DNA of 64,000 bases from Candidatus Latescibacterota bacterium (GCA_965116885.1 OZ220741.1:3232001-3296000); one strand, 5' to 3'; numbered from the stretch's first letter, positions 10,229-20,267 are shown. Numbers and translations: made by a program. Notes: generated by a model not told the origin, from the sequence alone.

Positions 10229-11065
10229 ATGCACTGGCTCTTTTTTTCTATTATCCTCGACTTCGGTTTTGTCCAGCTTTTCAAGCTGGGACAAAGACGC
10301 GGCTGTTACGCGCCAGTGGTTGTTTCTGTAAACTACCTCGTCTTGGCTCTTGCAATTGCCATTTATCTCTTTGTTACCGATGCGTGGACATTTCCCGCAC
10401 TTGCCCTCTACACGGGGTTGGGAACGGGTACGGTTTTTATCAGTTCCATGTTGCTGATGAATCACGCGCTTACCCTCGCGCCCATCGGTTCTGTGGTTAC
10501 GGCTTTCCGAATGTCCATTGTCGTGCCTATTGTGCTGGGCATTTACCTCTGGGATGAATCCATGGCCCCAACGCAGTTTGTGGGGCTGCTTCTCGCGCTC
10601 GGTGCTCTGGCACTTATGACTTCTCATCCGGGCAGAACCGCGCAGATCAAAGGAATAAAAGCGTTTGGTTTGCTTATCGCGGTTTGTCTCTGCCAGGGCA
10701 TAAGCCATACGTGTTTGCGGTCTGTTCACTACAATGGTCTCGATCCCGTCTATCTGCATATCTTGATGTTCATCGGCGCAACCGCTGGACTGCTGGGTGG
10801 TGTTGTCATCATTCTCAAAAAACACCGACCACAACGGCCTGCGGTCAAACTCGGCGTTTTTATTGGTCTTTACAATGTTCTGGCGCTTTGCGTCATTATG
10901 ACCGCGTTAAGCAAGTTGCCGGGCACGCTTTTTTTTCCGACATTGGGATGTAGTGTTGTTGTGCTGGATAATCTCTTTGCCCATTTCTACTGGAAAGAAC
11001 GCCTCGCCCGACCCGCTATTGCCGGTGTGGGGATCGCTGTTCTTGCCGTTCTTCTGGTTTTGTGA
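10229..11065 (+). CDS. EamA/DMT family transporter
   Basis: About 10 TM helices in two repeats; 278 aa. Confidence 0.75.
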   Translation: MHWLFFSIILDFGFVQLFKLGQRRGCYAPVVVSVNYLVLALAIAIYLFVTDAWTFPALALYTGLGTGTVFISSMLLMNHALTLAPIGSVVTAFRMSIVVPIVLGIYLWDESMAPTQFVGLLLALGALALMTSHPGRTAQIKGIKAFGLLIAVCLCQGISHTCLRSVHYNGLDPVYLHILMFIGATAGLLGGVVIILKKHRPQRPAVKLGVFIGLYNVLALCVIMTALSKLPGTLFFPTLGCSVVVLDNLFAHFYWKERLARPAIAGVGIAVLAVLLVL

Positions 11066-11077
11066 AAGGAATTCTCT

Positions 11078-12415
11078 ATGAGCCGACCCAATATTATTTT
11101 TGTATTCGCCGATGACTGGGGCTGGGGCGATTTGAGTTGTTATGGACATCCTCATGCCAAAACGCCAAATCTGGATCGTCTCGCGGCACAGGGTACTCTT
11201 TTTTCTCAGTTCTACGTTTGCTCCGGGGTTTGCTCTCCAAGCCGCGCCGCTGTTATGACCGGGCGTTTTCCAGCGCATTGGGGCATACACGGGCATTTTG
11301 CACAGCACGCGCAAAACGCAGCGCGGGGTATGCCCAATTTTCTCGATTCCGATGCGGTTACGGTTACTGGTCTGTTACAACAAAGCGGGTACGCCGTGGG
11401 ACACTTTGGCAAGTGGCATCTCGGTAGCGGAGAGGGTGCGCCCGCGCCTTATGATTACGGCATTGACGAGAGTAAAATCAATGTGGGGAATGGCCCGTTG
11501 CTCGATTTTACCGATTTGCAGACTGGCGAGGGTCGTAGCCGCTCTACAGAGGTGATTATTGATGAAACCATTGGTTTTATTGAGCGCAATAAAGACGAGC
11601 CTTTTTTTGTTCAGGCATGGCTTAACGATACCCATGCCATTCTCGATCCCACTGAGGAGCAGATGGAGCCTTACAAACAATTCACGGCGGATGGCCTGGA
11701 AGACAAGCACAAGGGCGCGTTGCGGATTTACTACTCGGTTGTCACCAATGCAGACCGCCACATTGGCCGGCTGATGGATAAACTCGATGAATTGAATTTG
11801 GGTGATAATACCATCGTGATCTTTTCTGCGGACAATGGTCCCGAAGATATCCATATTCGCAATGCCACGCACAGCGGTGTCGGTTCTTCCGGTCCTTTTC
11901 GCGGTCGCAAACGCAGTCTTTACGAAGGTGGCGTGCGTACGCCTTTTATTATTCGCTGGCCCAATGGCGTTTCTGCCGGGCGCATTGATAATGATACGCC
12001 GCTTTGCGCGGTCGATTTGTTGCCCACTTTTTGCAATCTGGCGGGTGTTGATATCGATGGTCTGGTGATCGATGGGGAGGATATGACCGATGCGCTGCGC
12101 GGCCGCAGTGGTATAAGAAAAAAACCGCTTATGTGGGAATGGCGGTTCAATATTGCGGGTCACTGTTTGCACAAAAGCCCCATGCTTTCTATCCGCGAAG
12201 GCGATTGGAAATTGCTTTTGAATCCCGACCGCAGCCGCGTCGAACTTTTCAATATTCCGCGAGACCCGATGGAGCTCAATAATCGCGCTGAATATATGCC
12301 AGAGCGCGTCGCGGAAATGGCTGATCGGGTACTGGCATGGCAGGATACCCTGCCCGAAGGTCCGATTGATGCCAATGCGGGGTCCAATGCGTATCCCTGG
12401 CCCGGCACGTTTTAG
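11078..12415 (+). CDS. Sulfatase (arylsulfatase/GalNAc-6-sulfatase-like)
   Basis: ADDWGWGD, CSPSRAAVMTGR, GKWHLG, DNG and YEGGVRTP motifs. Confidence 0.92.
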   Translation: MSRPNIIFVFADDWGWGDLSCYGHPHAKTPNLDRLAAQGTLFSQFYVCSGVCSPSRAAVMTGRFPAHWGIHGHFAQHAQNAARGMPNFLDSDAVTVTGLLQQSGYAVGHFGKWHLGSGEGAPAPYDYGIDESKINVGNGPLLDFTDLQTGEGRSRSTEVIIDETIGFIERNKDEPFFVQAWLNDTHAILDPTEEQMEPYKQFTADGLEDKHKGALRIYYSVVTNADRHIGRLMDKLDELNLGDNTIVIFSADNGPEDIHIRNATHSGVGSSGPFRGRKRSLYEGGVRTPFIIRWPNGVSAGRIDNDTPLCAVDLLPTFCNLAGVDIDGLVIDGEDMTDALRGRSGIRKKPLMWEWRFNIAGHCLHKSPMLSIREGDWKLLLNPDRSRVELFNIPRDPMELNNRAEYMPERVAEMADRVLAWQDTLPEGPIDANAGSNAYPWPGTF

Positions 12416-12417
12416 AT

Positions 12418-12819
12418 ATGGATGCACGTAAAACTGTACACGCCTATTTTGACGCGCTTACTGCGGGAGACGCCCGGCGGTTGATCGGTCTTATGTCTCG
12501 CGTGCCTTATTATGTCAAAATAGGTACAGATGAAAACGAATATATCCAGGGTGGTGAAAATATACCCGGGTACTATCGTCACCATGTGGATAGTACAGAG
12601 GATTTCGCCATTACATGCGATTATCTCGATGTTCAAGAGCGCGAGGCAGTTGCATGGTTTTACACACGTCAGACCTGGAAGCTCAAATGGCAGGGCCAGC
12701 GCGAAGAACTGTCTATGCGTTTGACGGGTGTTCTCGAAAAAGAAGATGATCAGTGGAGATTTGTTCAGATCCACGCTTCACTCGGTGTACCTGAATCAGG
12801 AGATATACACGATGGATGA
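12418..12819 (+). CDS. SnoaL/NTF2-like family protein
   Basis: 133 aa; IGTD and RLTGVLEK...WRFVQIHAS are typical of SnoaL-like domains. Confidence 0.8.
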   Translation: MDARKTVHAYFDALTAGDARRLIGLMSRVPYYVKIGTDENEYIQGGENIPGYYRHHVDSTEDFAITCDYLDVQEREAVAWFYTRQTWKLKWQGQREELSMRLTGVLEKEDDQWRFVQIHASLGVPESGDIHDG

Positions 12820-14035
12820 ACTCGCCATTAACGGTGGAGAAAAGGCCAAGACCGTTCCGTACAATCAACCAAATAAATACACCGATGAAGAGCGCGAATT
12901 GTTGCTCGAGGTTCTCGATTCGGGTAAACTGATGGGGCCGGATGGGAAAGTCGCGGATTTTGAAGCTGAGATATGTCGCGCATTCGATGTTAAGCACGCG
13001 ATTATGGTGACATCTGGCACGGTTGCACTGCAAACGGCTCTTGCCGCGCTGGGTGTGTCTGAAGGCGATGAGGTTATTACTACGCCTATGACGGATTTTG
13101 GCACGACTGCGGCCATTCTCGCGCTGCACGCCATTCCGATTTTTTCTGATATCGATTTGTCAACCCGCTTGCTCGATCCGCAAAAGGTGCGCGAGAAAAT
13201 TACGGATAAGACCAGAGTTATTATTGCCGTCCACATGGCCGGTATGCCGTGTGAGATGGATGCGTTTTTGGATATCAGTGAGGAAACAGGGGTTAAAATT
13301 CTCGAAGATTGCGCGCAGGCACACGGCGCGACTTATCGCGGTCGTTTTGTCGGTGCGATTGGACACGCCGCGGGATTTTCCATGAATGAATCCAAGCAAA
13401 TTTCCACTGGCGATGGCGGTTTTGTCACGACCAATGACGATGAGACCGCTGAAATCGCCCGTCTTTTCCGCGATAAAACCTATTTGCGGGGTCAGAAACT
13501 CGAACGCGGTGTGCAACCCATTCCTTTCTTTGGCACGAATTTGCGTCCGACCTGCTTGCAAGCCGCTGTCGCTATTGCGCAACTCCACAAGCTCGAGTAT
13601 CTCGTTGCCCGCCGCGACCAGATTGTTCGGCGATACTATGACGAACTCGGCGATCTGCCCCATCTCGATTTTCCGAAAATTGCCGATCAAGCCCACCCTT
13701 CGTGGTGGCCCCTTGCCATTCGCTATACGGGTAGCACGCCAACGCGAGATGAACTCGTCGATGTTTTTCGCGCCGAGGGCGTTTCCATCAATACGAGCAT
13801 GTCCGCGGTGAAAAATATCCTCCGTACGGAAGTGATTCAAAAACGCAAGTACTATCCTTTAACGGACGATATTCCGATATTCTGGCAAAATACTGCGTAC
13901 AATCCCGATGATTGCCCCAATGTCGATACCTTGCAAGCCACTTGCTTGCGTCTTCCCGTGAATGAACGCTATACCGACGAGGATATCGATCAGACGATCG
14001 CGGCGGTGAAAAAGGTTTGGGCGCACTATTTTTAG
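12812..14035 (+). CDS. DegT/DnrJ/EryC1/StrS PLP-dependent aminotransferase
   Basis: LAINGG, SGTVAL, GDEVI, EDCAQAHGA and FSMNESK..STGDGG motifs; AGGAG RBS. Confidence 0.92.
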   Translation: MDELAINGGEKAKTVPYNQPNKYTDEERELLLEVLDSGKLMGPDGKVADFEAEICRAFDVKHAIMVTSGTVALQTALAALGVSEGDEVITTPMTDFGTTAAILALHAIPIFSDIDLSTRLLDPQKVREKITDKTRVIIAVHMAGMPCEMDAFLDISEETGVKILEDCAQAHGATYRGRFVGAIGHAAGFSMNESKQISTGDGGFVTTNDDETAEIARLFRDKTYLRGQKLERGVQPIPFFGTNLRPTCLQAAVAIAQLHKLEYLVARRDQIVRRYYDELGDLPHLDFPKIADQAHPSWWPLAIRYTGSTPTRDELVDVFRAEGVSINTSMSAVKNILRTEVIQKRKYYPLTDDIPIFWQNTAYNPDDCPNVDTLQATCLRLPVNERYTDEDIDQTIAAVKKVWAHYF

Positions 14036-14119
14036 ATAGCGTTGTTTGTTGTCTTGACCAATCATCTATAACTGAGTAAATTGTCCATCGCAAATCCACA
14101 ATAACCGGTAAAGCTAATC

Positions 14120-14941
14120 ATGACCTTAGATATCGAATCCGGTATTCGCCGTCCCAAAATTGACATGCACTGCCACATCTGGCTTATGGATGGGTGGGAG
14201 CAGTCCGCTGATCAGCTCGTCGCTTCGGGCGATATGCTCGGCATTACCGAATACTGGTGTTCTTCCATTATCCAGCAGGGCATTCTGGCACCTGTTGAGG
14301 ATGTGTATCCTCACAATGATACTATTCTGAGCGCAATGGCACGCCATCCCAAACGCGTTCGCGGCTGGTGTTTTGTCATTCCCGGTCATTTTCAAGACGC
14401 CATAGACGAAGCCGAGCGATGTCTTGATGCGGGCATGATTGGCATTAAGCTCTATAATCAGTACCGCATCAACGATCCGGTTTTGCACCCTATTCTCGAA
14501 TTGGCGAGCGAACGGCGCGTGCCCATTCTTCAGCACGCGGGATACCCCGTTCCCGAACACCGCGCAAGCCAGCCGCTCATTTCACACGGTATTCATTTTA
14601 GCGAGGCCAGTGAAAAATATCCCGATGCGATTCTCATTCACGCCCATATCGGAGGCGGAGGTGATTGGGAACACACGGTGCGCGAAATGCGCCAGGCGTC
14701 TCCCAATGTTTATATCGATGTGTCGGGTAGCAACCTGGACGATGGACAGGTCGAATACGCGGTTTCAGAACTCGGCGTCGAGCGCGTGCTTTTTGGCACC
14801 GATGGCACGATGGCCGGCTCGGTGGGCAAAGTTCTCGATGCAGATCTCACTGAGGATGAACGCGAACACATTTTTTGGACCAATGCCGAGCGCATTCTCG
14901 CGCAACAGGGGGCTACGCCTACAGAACCTCGTACCAATTAA
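14120..14941 (+). CDS. Amidohydrolase_2 family metal-dependent hydrolase
   Basis: IDMHCH, GIKL, QHAG, AHIGG and RVLFGTD motifs. Confidence 0.88.
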   Translation: MTLDIESGIRRPKIDMHCHIWLMDGWEQSADQLVASGDMLGITEYWCSSIIQQGILAPVEDVYPHNDTILSAMARHPKRVRGWCFVIPGHFQDAIDEAERCLDAGMIGIKLYNQYRINDPVLHPILELASERRVPILQHAGYPVPEHRASQPLISHGIHFSEASEKYPDAILIHAHIGGGGDWEHTVREMRQASPNVYIDVSGSNLDDGQVEYAVSELGVERVLFGTDGTMAGSVGKVLDADLTEDEREHIFWTNAERILAQQGATPTEPRTN

Positions 14942-14957
14942 AGGAAGAAAACATCAA

Positions 14958-15755
14958 ATGCTCATAGATGTAAATGCTTGGCTTGGCACATGGCCTTTTC
15001 GTTCATTGCGCGACAATACACCCGATGCGCTTATCACGCGCCTTGACCGGTCGGGTATTGACAAAGCTGTTGTCTCTTATATCGAAGCCGCATTTCACAG
15101 GCATCCGCAATCGGCGAATGAACGGCTTGCCCGCGATGTTGAACCACACGGCGACCGCCTTATTCCGGTTGGTACAATTAATCCTCTGTCGCCGCATTGG
15201 GAAGATGACCTGACATCTTGTATTGATCTCGGTATGAAGGGAATTCGCCTTTTTCCGCAATATCACAATTACCAGACCGATGGGGCTGAGAGCCGAAGCG
15301 TCGTTCAAGCATGCGCTCAGTGCAATTTTCCGGTCTTTATTCCGCACAGACTCGAAGATACTCGGCAGCATCACTGGATGGATCCGGGCCAGAGTATCGA
15401 CCTATCACAACTCGCCAATCTGGTCGCGGCTGTGCCCGATGCCGCGATTATTATACCGAATGCCCGTCCGCTCGCGCGGTCACCGCTCTGGATGCGAGAG
15501 GATCTGCGCGATTTGAACTGGTACTTCGATCTTTCGCTGGCAGAAATTCACTATGGTCTGCACAAAAGTACCAATGCGATGAAGGATCTGGGATATTTGA
15601 TTGAGGAAGGCGGTGCGGGTCATATTCTCTTTGGTACGCATTTGCCCTTTTCCTATGCTGGCCCAGCCCTCGTCAAGCTCGCTATTCTACCCGTCGATGA
15701 AGAGACGCTCGAAGATATTAAACATCGCACTGCTACTAAGCTTCTGAATCTTTAG
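14958..15755 (+). CDS. Amidohydrolase_2 family protein with degenerate metal ligands
   Basis: IDVNAWLG in place of DxHxH, GIRLFPQYH and ILFGTH.P. ATG at 14958 follows AAGGAAG. Confidence 0.8.
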   Translation: MLIDVNAWLGTWPFRSLRDNTPDALITRLDRSGIDKAVVSYIEAAFHRHPQSANERLARDVEPHGDRLIPVGTINPLSPHWEDDLTSCIDLGMKGIRLFPQYHNYQTDGAESRSVVQACAQCNFPVFIPHRLEDTRQHHWMDPGQSIDLSQLANLVAAVPDAAIIIPNARPLARSPLWMREDLRDLNWYFDLSLAEIHYGLHKSTNAMKDLGYLIEEGGAGHILFGTHLPFSYAGPALVKLAILPVDEETLEDIKHRTATKLLNL

Positions 15756-15800
15756 ATACGAAGCCTTTCTCCAGCCTGAATCATCAAAATAGTGCAAACA

Positions 15801-15837
15801 AAACGCCCCTGTTTCATTAGCAGAAACAGGGGCGTTT
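15801..15837. terminator. Bidirectional intrinsic terminator between convergent genes
   Basis: Perfect 15-bp stem: AAACGCCCCTGTTTC-attagca-GAAACAGGGGCGTTT. Confidence 0.85.
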
Positions 15838-15861
15838 GAGTTGGTATTAATGGTGGTTTAA

Positions 15862-17472
15862 TTACACTTCACGACACGGCTTTCGCACGATGACGAGGTT
15901 GAGGGTGGGATCCTGAAGAGCGTCTCGGAAGACAGCGCGCATCTGGTCGTCGGTATCTTGTTCATGGACTTCGCGGACTCGTGACGCTCCGCATGCAAGG
16001 GCGAGGTCGCGCATGGTGACTTGCGGTCCGGCTTCGCCGTTTATTTGAACGCCCTGGTCGGGAGTGGTTTGTCCGCCAGTGGTGAGCGAGCCGCCATTGT
16101 CGAGTACCATAACAATGGGTGTCGCACCTGTGGCGCGCGCATGGACGAGGGCATTGATGCCGCCGTGATAAAAGGCGGAGTCGCCACATATCGCAATGGT
16201 GCGTTCGGCAATATCCGTTTTGCTCAGGCCACAGGCCACGCCAATGGCGGATCCCATCGAGAGTTTGGTATCGAGCATGGGAGCGGCCATTACCACGCAT
16301 CCCGGGTCGGCAGATATAAAGGGATTTTGGCCGAGGGCATTGGCTTCTTCGCGTAGTGCAGTAAGGATTTCCGTGAAGGGGCAGCCAGCGCAGTGGTTTT
16401 TGCGAAAGGGTTTTTCGCTTTCCCAATTTTCTTCGGTATAGCGCGTGGTTGGCGAGAAACCCGGGAGATAGTCGTCGAGTGCGTTTTGTATGTGCCAGCG
16501 GAAGAGTTCACCCACGCTGGTGAGATGTCCCGTGCGTTTGCCCAGGATTGGCGGGGTAACACCGGCGTCGTAACCAATGGCTTTGATGGCGTCTTCGATG
16601 TATGGATCGACTTCTTCAACGACGAGTACTTCACTACATTTTGCGAGAAAGTCTGCGATGAGTTTTTGGGGTAGGGGATACAGGGCACTGAGTTTGAGGA
16701 TGGAGAGATCAGATGTGTCTGCTCCATCGAGCGCGTCGAGGAGTTTGGTGTGCACCATGCCACAGGCGATGATGCCTTTTTGTCCATTGCCATCTATGCG
16801 ATTGAAGGGCAGGTCGCTAAATTGTGCGGTGGCGCGTGCGATTTTTTCGTGTAATTCTGTGTGGTTGCCTTCGGTTGTGCGAAGTGCCGATATCCAGCTC
16901 ATTGGCTCGCGGTCGGGTTCGCGGGTGGGGTGTTGCGCTGCGGGGCGGAAGTCGGAAAGGGCTTGCGTGCTGGTGCTGTAACTTCTGGTCAGGCGCAATA
17001 TCACGATGGATTGCAGGCTTTCTGAGTATTCAAAAGCCCATTTTATCATGTCGCGGCCTTCCCCTGGCGTGGCGGGTTCGAGCATTGGCAGTTCGGCCAG
17101 GGGACCGAGGGTGCGTGTATCTTGTTCGTTTTGCGATCCCCAGGCGCCGGGGTCATCGCCCATGACAATGACGAGTCCGGCGTGTACACCGGTCATGTTG
17201 AGCACCATCAGGGTGTCGAGCGCGACGTTCATACCCACGCTCTTGAGACATACGAGCGCGCGCTTGCCGCCCTGTGATGCACCGGCAGCCATATCCAGGG
17301 CAATGCGTTCATTGATACACCATTCGGCGTGGTGTCCGTGGTCTTTGGCCATTTCGGCCATGGCGTTAAATGTGTTTGTGCCGGGTGAACCGGGATACCC
17401 GGTTACAACGCCGACGCCTGCTTCTACTGCGCCCCAGGCCAGGGCGCGTTCTCCGTCAATGGTTTGGGTCAT
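15862..17472 (-). CDS. iorA: Indolepyruvate:ferredoxin oxidoreductase alpha-subunit-like TPP enzyme, lacking the C-terminal ferredoxin domain
   Basis: GYPGSP, NERIAL, K.VGMNVALD, DDPG..SQNEQD, CAGCP, GDSAFYHGG and DN...TGGQ motifs; ends RKPCREV. Confidence 0.85.
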   Translation of the reverse strand: MTQTIDGERALAWGAVEAGVGVVTGYPGSPGTNTFNAMAEMAKDHGHHAEWCINERIALDMAAGASQGGKRALVCLKSVGMNVALDTLMVLNMTGVHAGLVIVMGDDPGAWGSQNEQDTRTLGPLAELPMLEPATPGEGRDMIKWAFEYSESLQSIVILRLTRSYSTSTQALSDFRPAAQHPTREPDREPMSWISALRTTEGNHTELHEKIARATAQFSDLPFNRIDGNGQKGIIACGMVHTKLLDALDGADTSDLSILKLSALYPLPQKLIADFLAKCSEVLVVEEVDPYIEDAIKAIGYDAGVTPPILGKRTGHLTSVGELFRWHIQNALDDYLPGFSPTTRYTEENWESEKPFRKNHCAGCPFTEILTALREEANALGQNPFISADPGCVVMAAPMLDTKLSMGSAIGVACGLSKTDIAERTIAICGDSAFYHGGINALVHARATGATPIVMVLDNGGSLTTGGQTTPDQGVQINGEAGPQVTMRDLALACGASRVREVHEQDTDDQMRAVFRDALQDPTLNLVIVRKPCREV

Positions 17473-17514
17473 TTTTGTACTCCTGAATGAAAAATCGGGG
17501 ATAGCATTGGAAAT

Positions 17515-17543
17515 ATTAAACTGTGTGTGGGCGTATTTGTCAA
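17515..17543 (-). promoter_or_regulatory. Sigma70-type promoter of iorA
   Basis: TTGACA-17 nt-TTTAAT on the minus strand. Confidence 0.6.
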
Positions 17544-17575
17544 GTAGAGAAGGGGTTGTACGGCGATGGGTAAAA

Positions 17576-18955
17576 TCAAATAAATCCAATTATACGCCAG
17601 TATAACAGGGTCAGCGGTAGCAGCGCGATGAGTGTTATCAAAGAAATCAGCGACATTACGAGTACGAATTGGCCCATTCGGGCATAGCGAAAGCTGTACG
17701 CGACAATAAATGGTGCGCCCTGATAGGGGATGAAAACCACGCCTGTGCCAATTGCCAGGCTGAGGGCGATGGATAGGGGCGACAGGCCGAATTGGGGACC
17801 GAGGTCGAGCAGAAAGGGCGCGAGTACGCCGCCAACCGCAGCGGTATCCATTAAGAAATCAAATGGCACTGCCAGACAAGCTATAAGGGCGAGTTGGGCA
17901 ATGGGGGTTTCGACTGTTTGGAGATGGGGTATGAATACGGACGCGAGGGCGCGGTTGAGGCCAGATTGTTCGAGGGCGTGACCAATGGCAAAAACCGCGG
18001 AGATGAATATGAGAAGGGGAAAATTGACTTTTTTGATGGTGTCAAAGGGCAAGGGACCCCAGCCGGGCAGGTAGCAGAGGAGGACGAGGCCCAGGCCGAT
18101 ATAGACCGGGTGAATGCCGTGTATAACATCGGTCGTCCACAGGAGAACACCTGCGATGAGAATACCGAGTACTTTTTTTTCAGGATCGGTCATGTGGGCG
18201 GGAACATCGGCGATAGCGGAATGGCCCGAGAGGTCGGGTTCCCGCGAGGGGCGAAATAGCAAGCGGATAAGGCCGTAGAGCAGGCCAACGCGCAGGAGGC
18301 CAATGATTGGAAAGAGATAATAGGCCCATTCGCTCCAATAGACTGTGATATCGCGCGATTCGAGTACGCCGAGAATGACCAGGTTGGGCACGCCAGCCGT
18401 CAGTATGCCCGTGCCGCTGTAATACGTAGCGCAGGTCAGAGAGAGGACGAGAGCAGCACTGACTTTTGAGTTGGGGGCTTCGCCGAGGGTTTTGAGCAGA
18501 GAGACGACCATCGGCATCAAGATGAGGACGCGCACGACGCCAGAGGGGATCAGCAGTGCCATTGTGAGGCCCAGGATGTGCAGGCCAAATACGAGTTGTC
18601 GATATCCACTCAGGCGACCGAGTACGCTTTGGGCCATTCGCGCTCCCAGCGGTGTTTCGGTAATGCCCAGGCTCAATGCCATTCCGGCAAAGACCAGCCA
18701 GACGGCTTTGCCAGAGAAGCCTTGAAAAGTGGTTTCAAAGGATAGGATTTTGAGAAGCGGAAAGAGTGTGAGGATGAAGATGGCGGTGTAGGATATGGGG
18801 ATGGGTTCAAAGGTCCAAAAAATAACAGTGAGCGCGGTGAGGGCGAGCGCCATGCGAGCAGATATGCCGAGGTCACTGGGGAAGAGAAAAATAAATAGTG
18901 CCAGCGCGGGACCGAGGATGAGGCCAATGATTTGAGATCGGGTCATATTGGTCAT
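17576..18955 (-). CDS. SLC13/DASS family anion permease
   Basis: About 12 TM helices; WTFEPIP, PSGVVR, TAGVPN and PYQGAP motifs. Confidence 0.85.
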   Translation of the reverse strand: MTNMTRSQIIGLILGPALALFIFLFPSDLGISARMALALTALTVIFWTFEPIPISYTAIFILTLFPLLKILSFETTFQGFSGKAVWLVFAGMALSLGITETPLGARMAQSVLGRLSGYRQLVFGLHILGLTMALLIPSGVVRVLILMPMVVSLLKTLGEAPNSKVSAALVLSLTCATYYSGTGILTAGVPNLVILGVLESRDITVYWSEWAYYLFPIIGLLRVGLLYGLIRLLFRPSREPDLSGHSAIADVPAHMTDPEKKVLGILIAGVLLWTTDVIHGIHPVYIGLGLVLLCYLPGWGPLPFDTIKKVNFPLLIFISAVFAIGHALEQSGLNRALASVFIPHLQTVETPIAQLALIACLAVPFDFLMDTAAVGGVLAPFLLDLGPQFGLSPLSIALSLAIGTGVVFIPYQGAPFIVAYSFRYARMGQFVLVMSLISLITLIALLPLTLLYWRIIGFI

Positions 18956-19086
18956 TTATTTTTTGAGATGTGCATGCAAGATAAGAGGGTATGAGGTGAT
19001 GGACAAATGAATTGTGGGCAGATGGATTCGCTATTGATTAAGTACAAGAAATCGCGTAGTTTAGCGCGGAGAAAGGAGATAAGACT

Positions 19087-20256
19087 ATGAATTTTAGAGG
19101 CAAATTGGTTGATACGTCGCAGGTTGTGACCGTGCAAACAGATGGCGAGCAGATCGCGGCTATTCATCGTGGGGAGGCGGGAGATGCGATTGGTGGAGAC
19201 GATGTGTGGATCGCGCCGGCGATTTTTGATGTGCAGGTCAATGGTGTGGGTGGGATCAACTATAAAGCCAAAGATTTGACGGTGGAGAAAATTGTGGAGA
19301 CGGCGGCGTGGATGCACAGGACGGGTACGGGTTTGTGGTGTCCCACGGTGACGACTTCGTCTGAGGAAGATGCGGTTCACGGTCTGGCGCTGTTGGCAAA
19401 GGCATGCGAGGAATCAGAAGTCTCGCGCGCGTCTTTTGTTGGGTTTCACGTTGAGGGACCTTATATCGCGTCTGAAGATGGTCCCCGCGGGGCGCACCCT
19501 CTGGCGCATGTGCGCGATCCAGACTGGGATGAATTTCAGCGGTATCAAGAAGCGGCTGGTGGGCGTATTGCTATTTTTACGCTTGCGCCTGAGAGAGACG
19601 GTGCATTGGAATTTATTGAGAAGGTGGCAGCGACGGGTGTTATTGTTTCAATTGGTCATTCGGGCGCGAGTCCCGAGCGCATTCAGGAGGCGGTTGCTGC
19701 CGGTGCCCAGATGTCAACCCATCTGGGCAATGGCGCGCATGCCGAGTTGCCGCGTCATCCCAATTATATATGGGAACAACTCGCGGCAGATGCGTTGTGG
19801 GCAGGGATTATTCCCGACGGGTTTCACCTGCCGCCTGCGGTGTTGAAGAGTTTTTATCGCGCAAAAGGCAAAGAACGCCTGTGTCTGGTGAGCGATGTGG
19901 CATCTATCGCTGGTTTGCCGCCGGGTATTTACGGCAGCGAGAGCGGGTTGGGACAGAGCGAGTTGCACACCAATGGCAAAATTTCTCTGGCGGGAACGCC
20001 TTATCTGGCGGGTGCGGGTTTGTTTTTGGACAGTGGCATTCCCAATGCCGTGCGGTTTACAGACGCTTCGCTGTCCGATGCCATTGAAATGACGTCGATT
20101 AATCCGGCGCGTTTGTTGGGGATAGAAGATCGCGTGGGGTCTGTGGAAGTCGGCAAAGAGGCGAGTCTATCTCTGTTCCGCTGGGAAGAAGAGCAGGAGA
20201 AATTGGATGTGGTGGCAACGGTGGTGCGGGGGCGGGTTGTTTATCAGGCTGGATAA
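19087..20256 (+). CDS. nagA: N-acetylglucosamine-6-phosphate deacetylase family protein
   Basis: DVQVNG, HVEGPYI, GAH, TLAPE, GHS, THLGNG, DGFH and NPA motifs. Confidence 0.85.
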   Translation: MNFRGKLVDTSQVVTVQTDGEQIAAIHRGEAGDAIGGDDVWIAPAIFDVQVNGVGGINYKAKDLTVEKIVETAAWMHRTGTGLWCPTVTTSSEEDAVHGLALLAKACEESEVSRASFVGFHVEGPYIASEDGPRGAHPLAHVRDPDWDEFQRYQEAAGGRIAIFTLAPERDGALEFIEKVAATGVIVSIGHSGASPERIQEAVAAGAQMSTHLGNGAHAELPRHPNYIWEQLAADALWAGIIPDGFHLPPAVLKSFYRAKGKERLCLVSDVASIAGLPPGIYGSESGLGQSELHTNGKISLAGTPYLAGAGLFLDSGIPNAVRFTDASLSDAIEMTSINPARLLGIEDRVGSVEVGKEASLSLFRWEEEQEKLDVVATVVRGRVVYQAG

Positions 20257-20267
20257 AGGAATGCGAT

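Noticed and set aside
11375..12427. 350-aa - strand ORF
   Set aside because: Antisense shadow of the sulfatase gene.
14439..14957. N-terminal extension of the 438-aa ORF suggesting a frameshifted fusion of the two amidohydrolases
   Set aside because: The upstream gene has its own stop and the second has an RBS and ATG at 14958; the extension is not protein-like.
14081..19017. TTGTCCATC and CCACAAT words at 14081-14102 and inverted at 18998-19017 as DnaA boxes
   Set aside because: Too many mismatches to TTATCCACA and too short to exclude chance; at most a shared regulator site.
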